DNA of 64,000 nt. Origin: a virus. A program made the position numbers and the translations under genes. Each line of letters starts with the position of its first letter. Position 1 is the stretch's first letter. The stretch spans positions 23,140 to 87,139 of IMG/VR virus record IMGVR_UViG_3300044857_000313, one strand, 5' to 3'. Below, piece after piece: positions 36,805 to 44,542 of this stretch. The notes under the pieces are model-generated. The model worked only from the letters and a program-made list of their open reading frames with translations, made no database searches and was not told the origin of the DNA.

Positions 36805-37296
36805 CTAGTCCTTTCCTGTGCTTCCAAATCCTTTGTGTGTCCCTTCTTTTGCAAGGGAATCCACTTCTACTAATTCATTCGGAACGTTCTCTACAAGCAT
36901 AATCTGTGCAATACGTTCCCCTTTATTGATTCTTGTAACACTACTACCGATATTTTCAACAAGCAAAAACAATTCATCAACATAGTCACTATCAACAATC
37001 CCTGTGCCATTGGCTAGTCTCAGTTTTGTTTTGAAACCTGTAGAAGAACGGACATAAACTTCTAAATGGTATCCTTCGGGAATCTCAAAAGCTACACCCG
37101 TCGGAATCTTATATGCTTTATCTTGCCCCCTTTGAGGGTATAAAGTCACTGTGTCATTTGCGAATACATCATAGCAAGCGGCAGACGCTGTAGCCTTGTA
37201 AGGTGCTTTCGCATCTGGCGTTACACGCTTGAATTTTAAAGACACACTAGATTTAGATGTTGCCTTTCGTCGCTTACGTACTGTTGCTTCTGTCAT
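36805..37296 (-). CDS. dut: dUTP diphosphatase
   Basis: VRSSTGFK and GTGIVDSDY motifs of trimeric dUTPases. Confidence 0.8.
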   Translation of the reverse strand: MTEATVRKRRKATSKSSVSLKFKRVTPDAKAPYKATASAACYDVFANDTVTLYPQRGQDKAYKIPTGVAFEIPEGYHLEVYVRSSTGFKTKLRLANGTGIVDSDYVDELFLLVENIGSSVTRINKGERIAQIMLVENVPNELVEVDSLAKEGTHKGFGSTGKD

Positions 37297-37339
37297 GTTT
37301 TATGCTCCTTTCAAAAACTGAATACTTGAATACTTTCTT

Positions 37340-37362
37340 TCTTCACTACGTGGCACAATTAA
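37340..37362 (-). promoter_or_regulatory. Phage-RNAP promoter (consensus copy 1 of 3 tandem)
   Basis: Minus strand TTAATTGTGCCACGTAGTGAAGA. Same length and layout as the T7 promoter (TAAT..N13..G start). Confidence 0.65.
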
Positions 37363-37388
37363 AAAAGACACCACTTGAAGACTTTCTT

Positions 37389-37411
37389 TCTTCACTACGT
37401 GGCACAATTAA
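37389..37411 (-). promoter_or_regulatory. Phage-RNAP promoter (tandem copy 2)
   Basis: Identical 23-mer. Confidence 0.65.
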
Positions 37412-37440
37412 AAAAGACACCATGGAAGATTGTTTTTCTT

Positions 37441-37463
37441 TCTTCACTACGTGGCACAATTAA
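37441..37463 (-). promoter_or_regulatory. Phage-RNAP promoter (tandem copy 3)
   Basis: Identical 23-mer. Confidence 0.65.
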
Positions 37464-37479
37464 ATGTTTGTGTCTTATC

Positions 37480-37699
37480 CTTCGATAAAGAGAAAAAGAC
37501 ACACAAAAAGAGAAATATTTAAATTATTTATATTAATTATTAATTATCATCAATAATAAATAATAAAAGAGAAATATTTAAATTATTTATATTAATTATT
37601 AATTATCATCAATAATAAATAATAAAAGAACTATAAGTATCTTAAAGTATTTTTAAGTATATATAGTTACTTTAAGTATCTTATAGTTCTTTTCTCTTC
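37480..37699. other. AT-rich origin-of-replication-like region
   Basis: Very AT-rich, with 2 x 59-bp tandem repeats and an imperfect inverted repeat. Lies just downstream of the RNAP gene and is flanked by phage promoters, like the T7 primary origin. Confidence 0.45.
37506..37623. repeat. 59-bp AT-rich tandem repeat (2 copies plus partial third)
   Basis: aaaagagaaatatttaaattatttatattaattattaattatcatcaataataaataat repeated exactly. Confidence 0.9.
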
Positions 37700-37722
37700 T
37701 CTTCACTACGTGGCACAATTAC
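37700..37722 (-). promoter_or_regulatory. Phage-RNAP promoter immediately downstream of RNAP gene
   Basis: Minus strand GTAATTGTGCCACGTAGTGAAGA (one mismatch). Confidence 0.6.
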
Positions 37723-37736
37723 AAATCATGTTATAT

Positions 37737-40346
37737 TTATGCAAAACAATACTTACTATTGACTACATCATCAAGATTTAGGTTCCCCTTCGAGGGAATT
37801 TTAGGTATTTCTTTTCCTTCGGGTAACATATATTCAACATCCTTTAACCACTCCTCTAAGTAATTGTGGTCTTTGTACATCTTGACTAATTCAGTACGAA
37901 TAGCCCTGAATAAGTCCCCTGCATGTTCAATATCTGTGCCAAAGCTATCATGAATCATGAAAAAGTTGATATTTCCTTTTTCAGATTGATTCATGATTAC
38001 CCTTTGCATGTGACACGCATCCATTGAATGAATAAAGTTAGGGGCGATTGCTTGTGCTTGACCCCTTGTGTCTATATCGGTGCTGTCTTGGGGTACATAG
38101 ATGCGAATGAAACCGCCATTAAAGCGCATACGGCACGTTTCCATGTTAGGTACAAATTTATTCTGTTGGATAGGTAAGCCATTAGGGCTTGTCCATGCTA
38201 CAGCTTCCCCATTCTTGCCAATCATCCCTGCAATCTTTTTCAGCCATTCCATGCCCTCTACGGCCTTTACAACCGTGGTGGTTACAGCGTCCCAAATGAG
38301 ACCTGCCATGTAGTTTGCGGCCTGTGAGCGACTCAAGAAGATAGGATTGTCTTTATGTTCATCCAACCATGGTTTGATAATGTCTGATTTGAGATTTTCG
38401 GAGAAGCCATAAGTTCTCGACCCATACGCAAGGGTCATGACAGAACGCTTGCACACTTTGCGCTTGATACCGTCCGAACCGAATTTTTCGCGGCCATACA
38501 TCAGCCATTCAGACGCAAGCTCTTTTGTGCCATATGCAATGCACTTTTTGCCCTTGTTGTCAAGTACAAAATCGCCTGTTTTCTTATCTTTTTTGAAGTC
38601 ATCTGCTGTCCCTTCTAATGCGTCTTTATGTAAGACAACATTTACTTTATCGGCCACAACTTGATAAATGTCATGTACGGTTTCGTCGGGAATTAGATTG
38701 ACGTTCTTACCCCCTATTTCATCCGCAAGAAGCATAGAGAAGTGCTGTAGACCTGAGCATGTACCATCAAAGCTAATAGGAAGACCTGATTTGAATCCAA
38801 CAGCAGACCCGTCATGCTCAGCTTGATAGACACGGAGTCTTTCAAACTCAAAGCAGAAGGCCAGAAATTCCATGGGACTTTCATCACCTGCCACTTCGTC
38901 CCACCATGTGTACGTTAAAGGGGAAGCGGCACTCTGTAAAATGTTGTCTTCATTGTCAAGTACCCATTTGATACGGTCATCAAAGGGAATCTTGTCAAGA
39001 CCTGCGAATCCTGCGCCTGCGATGTAGAACCATTTTAATGATTCTTCATTTGTCAAGGGTGTTGGCTCTGCAAATAGCAAAAGAGCTTTTTGTGTGTCGT
39101 CGCCTTGCGGATTCAAGGCAGGACACATTGGGTAGATACGGCCACGATAGTCTAAGTTCCATGGGAAGTAGATTTTTTCATACTTGCTATACTTTTTAGC
39201 ACAACCTAACGTGGTATTTGTTCTAAGAACCTTGGATACTCTGGCCCGTTCGTGCTTGTAATACACAACAAGCCGTTTCTTGTGCGCTTCTAACTCCTCG
39301 GGTGTCGGGTCAATCAAATGTGGAATTTTGGGCGTTTCGTCCGTTCTGGGAAGGCCCCCTAAGCCCCCATGGTTCTCCATGATAGACACCATGGTATCAA
39401 GTACACGCTGATTGATTATGAATGGAGTGGCTTGCAGGGCATTTACACATTTAAAAAGCCATGCCAAGTCAAGCTGTTCGCATTTTCGGAGATATTGAGT
39501 CATAAATACATTTTTTTGGTTAAAATTAGCACGGATGAAATGTGCAAAGGGGGCATTAGCTCCGTAATAAGCACCTTCCCATACTGTTGTCCATGGTTTG
39601 GGTGGGATGACACAAGGACTAAATTTATAGCTATTCAACGCCATAATATCAATACTTTTCGCCCATGTCTGTACAAGCCAATCATTCGCTTTAAGTAGCT
39701 TTTGATTCCCTTCTGCTTTATAGTCAAAGTAGCCACTCCCTTTTATGACTGCTTCTAGGATAACAGTCATTAGCTTATAAAGACCTTCTTTATCCATAGT
39801 TTGGGGCGCAAAGTTCATAATTTTATATGCTTTTTGTGCATATCGCACTTTAAATGTCATTTGCATACGATGTTTCAGGCCATCTTCAAAAAAAGCTCCA
39901 TCTTGTCGTGTTGCCTGCTTTAAGTAGTCGTAGCTAATGACTTCTTCAGTGAAAGAAGACACCAGTTCATGTAAGTTATTGTTAAAGTCTACATATGTAT
40001 CCTCAGAGGTATGCATGACAAAACCAATCAAAGTATTTAGAGTAGAGGTTATGCATGTCTTAATAAGTGTGTCTTCATCCCCTTCATATAAGCTTTTAAG
40101 TTGGTTCACAACACCTTGATATTTAGGCACTACGCCACGCTTTTTCTGGGGAAATAAAACGTTTTTAACGTTCGTATAGCAGTCTGAAAAGACATGCTCC
40201 ATCAGCTTACTGCCCACTTTTGTTTCCCCTGCTGTGCCTTTTAAAGCCGCTTGTTCATAGGTAGCACGTAGCACCTTTTCTGCAAAGTCTTTTGATTCTT
40301 GTTCAAGTGCTAATTGTTCCTGTAAAGTACCTTTGATTTTTTCCAT
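37737..40346 (-). CDS. Single-subunit DNA-directed RNA polymerase (T7 gp1-like)
   Basis: DGTCSGLQHFSML, KRSVMTLAYGS, IHDSFGT and C-terminal FCFA match T7 RNAP motifs. Start set at MEKIKG with a GAAAGGAAGG SD. Confidence 0.95.
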   Translation of the reverse strand: MEKIKGTLQEQLALEQESKDFAEKVLRATYEQAALKGTAGETKVGSKLMEHVFSDCYTNVKNVLFPQKKRGVVPKYQGVVNQLKSLYEGDEDTLIKTCITSTLNTLIGFVMHTSEDTYVDFNNNLHELVSSFTEEVISYDYLKQATRQDGAFFEDGLKHRMQMTFKVRYAQKAYKIMNFAPQTMDKEGLYKLMTVILEAVIKGSGYFDYKAEGNQKLLKANDWLVQTWAKSIDIMALNSYKFSPCVIPPKPWTTVWEGAYYGANAPFAHFIRANFNQKNVFMTQYLRKCEQLDLAWLFKCVNALQATPFIINQRVLDTMVSIMENHGGLGGLPRTDETPKIPHLIDPTPEELEAHKKRLVVYYKHERARVSKVLRTNTTLGCAKKYSKYEKIYFPWNLDYRGRIYPMCPALNPQGDDTQKALLLFAEPTPLTNEESLKWFYIAGAGFAGLDKIPFDDRIKWVLDNEDNILQSAASPLTYTWWDEVAGDESPMEFLAFCFEFERLRVYQAEHDGSAVGFKSGLPISFDGTCSGLQHFSMLLADEIGGKNVNLIPDETVHDIYQVVADKVNVVLHKDALEGTADDFKKDKKTGDFVLDNKGKKCIAYGTKELASEWLMYGREKFGSDGIKRKVCKRSVMTLAYGSRTYGFSENLKSDIIKPWLDEHKDNPIFLSRSQAANYMAGLIWDAVTTTVVKAVEGMEWLKKIAGMIGKNGEAVAWTSPNGLPIQQNKFVPNMETCRMRFNGGFIRIYVPQDSTDIDTRGQAQAIAPNFIHSMDACHMQRVIMNQSEKGNINFFMIHDSFGTDIEHAGDLFRAIRTELVKMYKDHNYLEEWLKDVEYMLPEGKEIPKIPSKGNLNLDDVVNSKYCFA

Positions 40347-40386
40347 GGTATTACCTTCCTTTCTAGTAGGCGGAACTATTAATATT

Positions 40387-40409
40387 TCTTCAATACGTGG
40401 CACAATTAA
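40387..40409 (-). promoter_or_regulatory. Phage-RNAP promoter upstream of the RNAP gene
   Basis: Minus strand TTAATTGTGCCACGTATTGAAGA (one mismatch), ~45 nt upstream of the RNAP ATG. Confidence 0.55.
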
Positions 40410-40510
40410 TTTCATAAAAGCAAACTAATGTTTGGTACTTAGGTATAAAATTGGCTTGTCCCTGCCGTGTTGGTAAAGACACGCCTAGATTAGAACAGTT
40501 GTTCGTATTG

Positions 40511-40777
40511 CTAGTATGCATCCTTTCTTAAGACAACATTCAAGCCATCCAAATAATAATTATCAACTACTTTGAAATTTTTACCCATTACCTTTTCAAC
40601 AACTCGACGTGTTACGGGTGCGGCGACGTAATTCATCCCATTAAATTCATTTTCATCTACCCATTTGTCACGTTCCTTTTTTGTTGGGAAGGCATAAAAA
40701 TCATAAGCGTTTCCACCCATACTTGCATAGGAAACATTAATTCCATAGCTACAATATTCAGCGTAATACATAAGCAC
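40511..40777 (-). CDS. Hypothetical early protein
   Basis: 88-aa ORF. Confidence 0.45.
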   Translation of the reverse strand: MLMYYAEYCSYGINVSYASMGGNAYDFYAFPTKKERDKWVDENEFNGMNYVAAPVTRRVVEKVMGKNFKVVDNYYLDGLNVVLRKDAY

Positions 40778-40864
40778 TCATCCTTTCCTTGCTACCTTGT
40801 AAGACTCTAATGGCCTTAATCAGACATGCAAACTAGTTAAGTGTGCTTGCGTGTCTTGTTAAAG

Positions 40865-41077
40865 TCACAGGAGAAAACAGCGTACTCGTTCATGCTCCCC
40901 GCATGACAAGAAGTCGTATCCAATAAGATGCTCTGTAAAATCATCATTTGGGAGAACTAACTCGCCCCCGATTTCTACAGAAATTTCATCTTTTTCGTTA
41001 TAGGTGTCTCCCAATAAAATAATTGCTAATCCGTTTTCATGCACTTTTCTCGCTTCATCAATGCTTACTTGTTTCAT
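40865..41077 (-). CDS. Hypothetical early protein
   Basis: 70-aa ORF. Confidence 0.4.
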   Translation of the reverse strand: MKQVSIDEARKVHENGLAIILLGDTYNEKDEISVEIGGELVLPNDDFTEHLIGYDFLSCGEHERVRCFLL

Positions 41078-41261
41078 CGTGGTTCTACCCCCTATAAATG
41101 TTCAATATAATTGGCTAGACAACAAAGGCCAATAAGGAAGGCGATGTAGACAAGGCCGTCTATCTTGTGCCATATTTTCAACATGGTTATTTCTCCGTTT
41201 CTGCCAGTGTCGCAAGGGACTTTTTACAGCCCCCTGCTTTTTGTACTGGCCACTACAATTT

Positions 41262-41948
41262 CTATCTGTCACGACCCGTCTTGACTAGCATTTTTTCCAT
41301 GCAGTCGCCGCAAATTACGTTTGTGTCTTCCTTGCCCTTTACGGTCGCACCGCATTTAGGGCAAAAGTACGTTACGTTTTTGGGAGTTGATTTCTTTATT
41401 TTCTTCTTCTTTTCACCTTGCATGCGGAAAAGCGTATGACAAGGAATTAGAAGTTCATTTGGCATATCCTGAAATGCCTTGTCAAATGGCCCACCTTCTA
41501 CGATGTAATGGGTGACGTGTTGCCCTGTCCGCTTTCCGAGGGGCGTCCCATCAGAAGATGTGATAAGACCAACACGTTCCATCTTTTCTGCGAAGTCCTT
41601 GTTATGATAGCATCTACGAGGTGCAGAGCCATCATATTCCTGCCATAAGTGACACATTTCATGGACAAGAGTGCTATATACGTCCTCGTCCGTGCGCTCC
41701 CCATCCTTGAGGATGTAATCAGGATTGAGAGCAATTTCACCCCATTTTCCCGCTTCTTTTTCATCTGGCCATTTCTGATTCGTCCAGATGGATGGGATGA
41801 AATAGCCGAACGTGTTACGCTCACGATTCAATGTAAGCATAACTTGCGGCAGGCTGTCTTTAAATAACGCTTTATTGAAATAATCAAAGGCTTGCTGTAA
41901 TACAGTGTACTGCTTTTCTGTTGGTTTTACTAAAATTTTAGATTCCAT
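41262..41948 (-). CDS. SprT-like zinc metalloprotease domain protein with C-terminal zinc ribbon
   Basis: HEMCHLWQ (HExxH) in an SprT-like context; CPKCG..CGDC ribbon. Confidence 0.65.
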   Translation of the reverse strand: MESKILVKPTEKQYTVLQQAFDYFNKALFKDSLPQVMLTLNRERNTFGYFIPSIWTNQKWPDEKEAGKWGEIALNPDYILKDGERTDEDVYSTLVHEMCHLWQEYDGSAPRRCYHNKDFAEKMERVGLITSSDGTPLGKRTGQHVTHYIVEGGPFDKAFQDMPNELLIPCHTLFRMQGEKKKKIKKSTPKNVTYFCPKCGATVKGKEDTNVICGDCMEKMLVKTGRDR

Positions 41949-42054
41949 AATAATTTACCTTCCTTTCATTGAATACCTAAGGGTAACTAATGCCCTTATT
42001 CAAGGCCATAGGCTTTCACTTATGGCCTTTGATAAAGACACAAGCTAACGTGCT

Positions 42055-42432
42055 TTATTCATCGTCATCATCATCATCATCAATTTCAAAGTCGTAATTT
42101 TCATATCGTTCATCCTCAATTAGCCAGTCTGCTAATTCACTGAGGGAAACAATACTATTCGTGTCACTAATAAGGCTGTACACACTTTGAATATTGGCAT
42201 ATCCGTTAAAGTAGAAATAAGGGTCATTAAAGGTGTAATCCCCATAGTAAATAGCACGGATAGCGTCACTAGGACGACTAAACAGTTCATTGAGTACGTC
42301 CTCATCGTTTTCATAGATAACGTCATCGGGGCGGCAGTCATACGCGTAGTCATTCCAGATATAAAGAACGTCCTCTTCATCCATTTCATCCATCTGATTA
42401 ATAAGCATTTCTTTCAATTTTTCGTCTGTCAT
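42055..42432 (-). CDS. Highly acidic early protein with poly-Asp tail
   Basis: Start set at MTDEKL (AGGGAGA SD). D/E/Y-rich and ends EIDDDDDDDE. Confidence 0.5.
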   Translation of the reverse strand: MTDEKLKEMLINQMDEMDEEDVLYIWNDYAYDCRPDDVIYENDEDVLNELFSRPSDAIRAIYYGDYTFNDPYFYFNGYANIQSVYSLISDTNSIVSLSELADWLIEDERYENYDFEIDDDDDDDE

Positions 42433-42456
42433 GGTAATTTCTCCCTTCTTGAAAAT

Positions 42457-42526
42457 GGCTTGTCTCATCGGTAGGACGGTAGCCACCCGTTCCTAGACAC
42501 GAGGATTAGACCCCGTGTTTCGACAC
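42457..42526 (-). promoter_or_regulatory. 70-nt structured intergenic repeat, copy 1
   Basis: ggcttgtctcatcggtaggacggtagcc..cctagacacgaggattagaccccgtgtttcgacac, with two hairpins on the transcript. Confidence 0.6.
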
Positions 42527-42556
42527 TTAATCAAGAACTTGAATCCAATTTCTACG

Positions 42557-42805
42557 TTAGTCATTGTTTTGCACCATTTTCTTATGAATTTTATCACTTA
42601 CTAGACATAAATTAGATATGCCGAAAATTTCCGCTTCTACGGTCTGTAATGTCCCTCTTGATATATCTATCCAAGAGGTGTCATCCATATACTGAATGAC
42701 ATAACACTGCGCCTGTTTTTTAATACGTAAGGTAATATTTAAATATCTTTTAATGTATTCGCATGTATTTTCTATGCGTGTTACTATTTCTCTTTCATTT
42801 GTCAT
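42557..42805 (-). CDS. Hypothetical early protein
   Basis: Start set at MTNERE downstream of repeat copy 2. Confidence 0.45.
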   Translation of the reverse strand: MTNEREIVTRIENTCEYIKRYLNITLRIKKQAQCYVIQYMDDTSWIDISRGTLQTVEAEIFGISNLCLVSDKIHKKMVQNND

Positions 42806-42832
42806 AATAAAGTACCTTCCTTTCAATTCCTT

Positions 42833-42902
42833 GGCTTGTCTCATCGGTAGGACGGTAGCCAGCCGTTCCTAGACAAGGGATTTTTAGTCCCTTGTTTCGA
42901 CT
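42833..42902 (-). promoter_or_regulatory. 70-nt structured intergenic repeat, copy 2
   Basis: Same 5' half. The second hairpin is replaced by a different perfect stem, caaggga/tcccttg. Confidence 0.6.
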
Positions 42903-43153
42903 TCTTCTATGTATTTACGCCATTCTCTGTCTAATATCCCATCACGGATATAATCGACAACTACGTTACGCTCTTCCCTGTTAGGGATTTGAAGCGAGAG
43001 TAAAATGCGTAAAATGTTCAGTTGGTCAAAATAATCGTCCCTAGCGGCATCTATTCTATCGAGGTTTGTTTCTCGATAAACATAGGCTTGAATTAGACCT
43101 AATTCAGAAATTGTGTCTAAAATCTTTTCTTGCAGTCTTGTCATTGTTGTCAT
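42884..43153 (-). CDS. Hypothetical early protein
   Basis: 89-aa ORF. Confidence 0.45.
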   Translation of the reverse strand: MTTMTRLQEKILDTISELGLIQAYVYRETNLDRIDAARDDYFDQLNILRILLSLQIPNREERNVVVDYIRDGILDREWRKYIEEVETRD

Positions 43154-43177
43154 AATACAGTACCTTCCTTTCTAAAA

Positions 43178-43247
43178 GGCTTGTCTCATCAGTAGGACGG
43201 TAGCCAGCCGTTCCTAGACACGAGGATTAGACCCCGTGTTTCGACAC
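43178..43247 (-). promoter_or_regulatory. 70-nt structured intergenic repeat, copy 3
   Basis: Nearly identical to copy 1. Confidence 0.6.
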
Positions 43248-43504
43248 TAGTCATGATAGATACGAATGTACCTGTCACCATTCCCATGGATGAGGATATA
43301 TTCCCCTTTATCCTCGATAATGTCACCTTTATGGAGATAGCAAGTCGTTGACGCATATTCCATCCGTTCTAATGGTTCAAAATGAGTTACCGTGAAGCAC
43401 ATTCGCCCACTTTTAAAAATGCCTACATCCTTGAAAAGACGAGACTTTTCCATACAAGCCACTCTCTTTCCATTCAGTCTCTTGTACAATTCACTTCTTT
43501 TCAT
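43247..43504 (-). CDS. Hypothetical early protein
   Basis: 85-aa ORF. Confidence 0.45.
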   Translation of the reverse strand: MKRSELYKRLNGKRVACMEKSRLFKDVGIFKSGRMCFTVTHFEPLERMEYASTTCYLHKGDIIEDKGEYILIHGNGDRYIRIYHD

Positions 43505-43516
43505 GGTGATTACCCC

Positions 43517-43804
43517 CTACATATCGCGCATCAGTAAGACATAGCGGCGTACATTTGTATAGCCATCATCGCCGACTTCCCAGACTTCGAGCCAGTCTGG
43601 ATAATAATATGCTTCCCCGCTGGCAATGGCATCGTCATAGTCGGCAGTTTCCATTTTCCGAGCGGCGACAACCGCCCTGAAAAGGTTCGGGGCTTCGACG
43701 GTACGAGAGCCGTTTGTCCTTGTTGCTTCACTATATTCATCATAATTATTGATGTTTTCGATGATTCTTTCTTGAATTACGCGGCTGATTTCATACTTTT
43801 TCAT
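43517..43804 (-). CDS. First early protein, unknown function
   Basis: 95-aa ORF with an AAGGGGG SD; first gene downstream of the tandem early promoters. Confidence 0.5.
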   Translation of the reverse strand: MKKYEISRVIQERIIENINNYDEYSEATRTNGSRTVEAPNLFRAVVAARKMETADYDDAIASGEAYYYPDWLEVWEVGDDGYTNVRRYVLLMRDM

Positions 43805-43852
43805 AATATAACCCCCTTGATATTGAATAAAATGTTCTTAATCGTTGACTAC

Positions 43853-43881
43853 ATGTTATCATGTTCATCAACGTTTGTCAA
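43853..43881 (-). promoter_or_regulatory. Sigma70-type early promoter P1
   Basis: Minus strand TTGACA, 17 nt spacer, TGATAACAT (extended -10). Embedded in the palindrome CGTTGA..N..TCAACG. Confidence 0.65.
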
Positions 43882-43926
43882 GCACCTTTTTAATTTCTTT
43901 TTGGTGCTTTCCTTTTCGTTGATTAC

Positions 43927-43955
43927 ATGTTACCATGTTCATCAACGTTTGTCAA
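43927..43955 (-). promoter_or_regulatory. Sigma70-type early promoter P2
   Basis: Minus strand TTGACA, 17 nt spacer, TGGTAACAT. A near-duplicate of P1, 74 bp upstream. Confidence 0.65.
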
Positions 43956-44102
43956 GCATTTTTCAAAAATATTTTAAAAGACACGCAAAACAGCATAGCT
44001 AAGTCATTTATTATAGACACGCAATAAAGATATATAATAATTATAATATATTTCCGTATGTCATTGTGTCTGCGCGTCGCATCTAATAGATACTATACAG
44101 TT

Positions 44103-44122
44103 ATTGTAGCGGCCAATACAAT
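44103..44122. repeat. 20-bp near-palindrome, left inverted-repeat partner
   Basis: attgtagcggccaatacaat. Its reverse complement matches 44523..44542 at 19 of 20 positions. Confidence 0.8.
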
Positions 44123-44140
44123 GGTGCTTCTCAAGGATGC

Positions 44141-44188
44141 TAAGAGAGTCTAAGAGAGTCTAAGAGAGTCTAAGAGAGTCTAAGAGAT
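44141..44188. repeat. 10-bp tandem repeat (TAAGAGAGTC x4 plus partial)
   Basis: Four perfect units and one 8/10 unit. Confidence 0.95.
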
Positions 44189-44248
44189 ACTGGCGAATAC
44201 CAACAGATGGCAGAACACATGTAAAACCACGACTGAACAAAATTTCAA

Positions 44249-44394
44249 AAAACATATGAACAACCATTCATATATAAAATAAAACAGATAACAGTTGATC
44301 CAGTCAACTATCTAAAAAATAAACATATGAACAACTATTCATATATAAAACAAAACAGATAGTCAACTAGTTGATTCAGTCAACTATCTAAAAA
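44249..44394. repeat. Two ~72-bp direct repeats rich in palindromes (ATATGAA-N6-TTCATAT; AGTTGA-N5-TCAACT)
   Basis: aaacatatgaacaac[ct]attcatatataaaa..cagata..gttga..tcaactatctaaaaa occurs twice. Confidence 0.85.
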
Positions 44395-44453
44395 TAAACA
44401 TACAAATCCTACACGGTTCCGTGTGTACCATATAAAAAATATATGAAATACAC

Positions 44454-44482
44454 TTGACAAACACTTGATAAGCACGTATAAT
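44454..44482 (+). promoter_or_regulatory. Perfect consensus sigma70 promoter facing right (toward int position)
   Basis: TTGACA, exactly 17 nt spacer, TATAAT. Confidence 0.7.
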
Positions 44483-44522
44483 AATGGCAGAGCTTGAGAG
44501 GAAGTGATGTAGAATATGATAG

Positions 44523-44542
44523 ATTGTATTGGCCGATACAAT
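44523..44542. repeat. 20-bp near-palindrome, right inverted-repeat partner
   Basis: attgtattggccgatacaat. Confidence 0.8.

Noticed and set aside
37340-37463. Regularly spaced identical 23-mers separated by ~27-bp segments, superficially CRISPR-like.
   Set aside because: There are only three units, the 'spacers' are near-identical to each other, and there are no cas genes. The repeat matches the phage promoter family found at four other regulatory positions.
40347-40415. N-terminal extension of the RNAP ORF (MKLIVPRIEEILIVPPTRKEGNT).
   Set aside because: The extension overlaps the promoter-like 23-mer and the strong SD GAAAGGAAGG that serves the internal MEKIKG start. T7 RNAP homology begins after that start.
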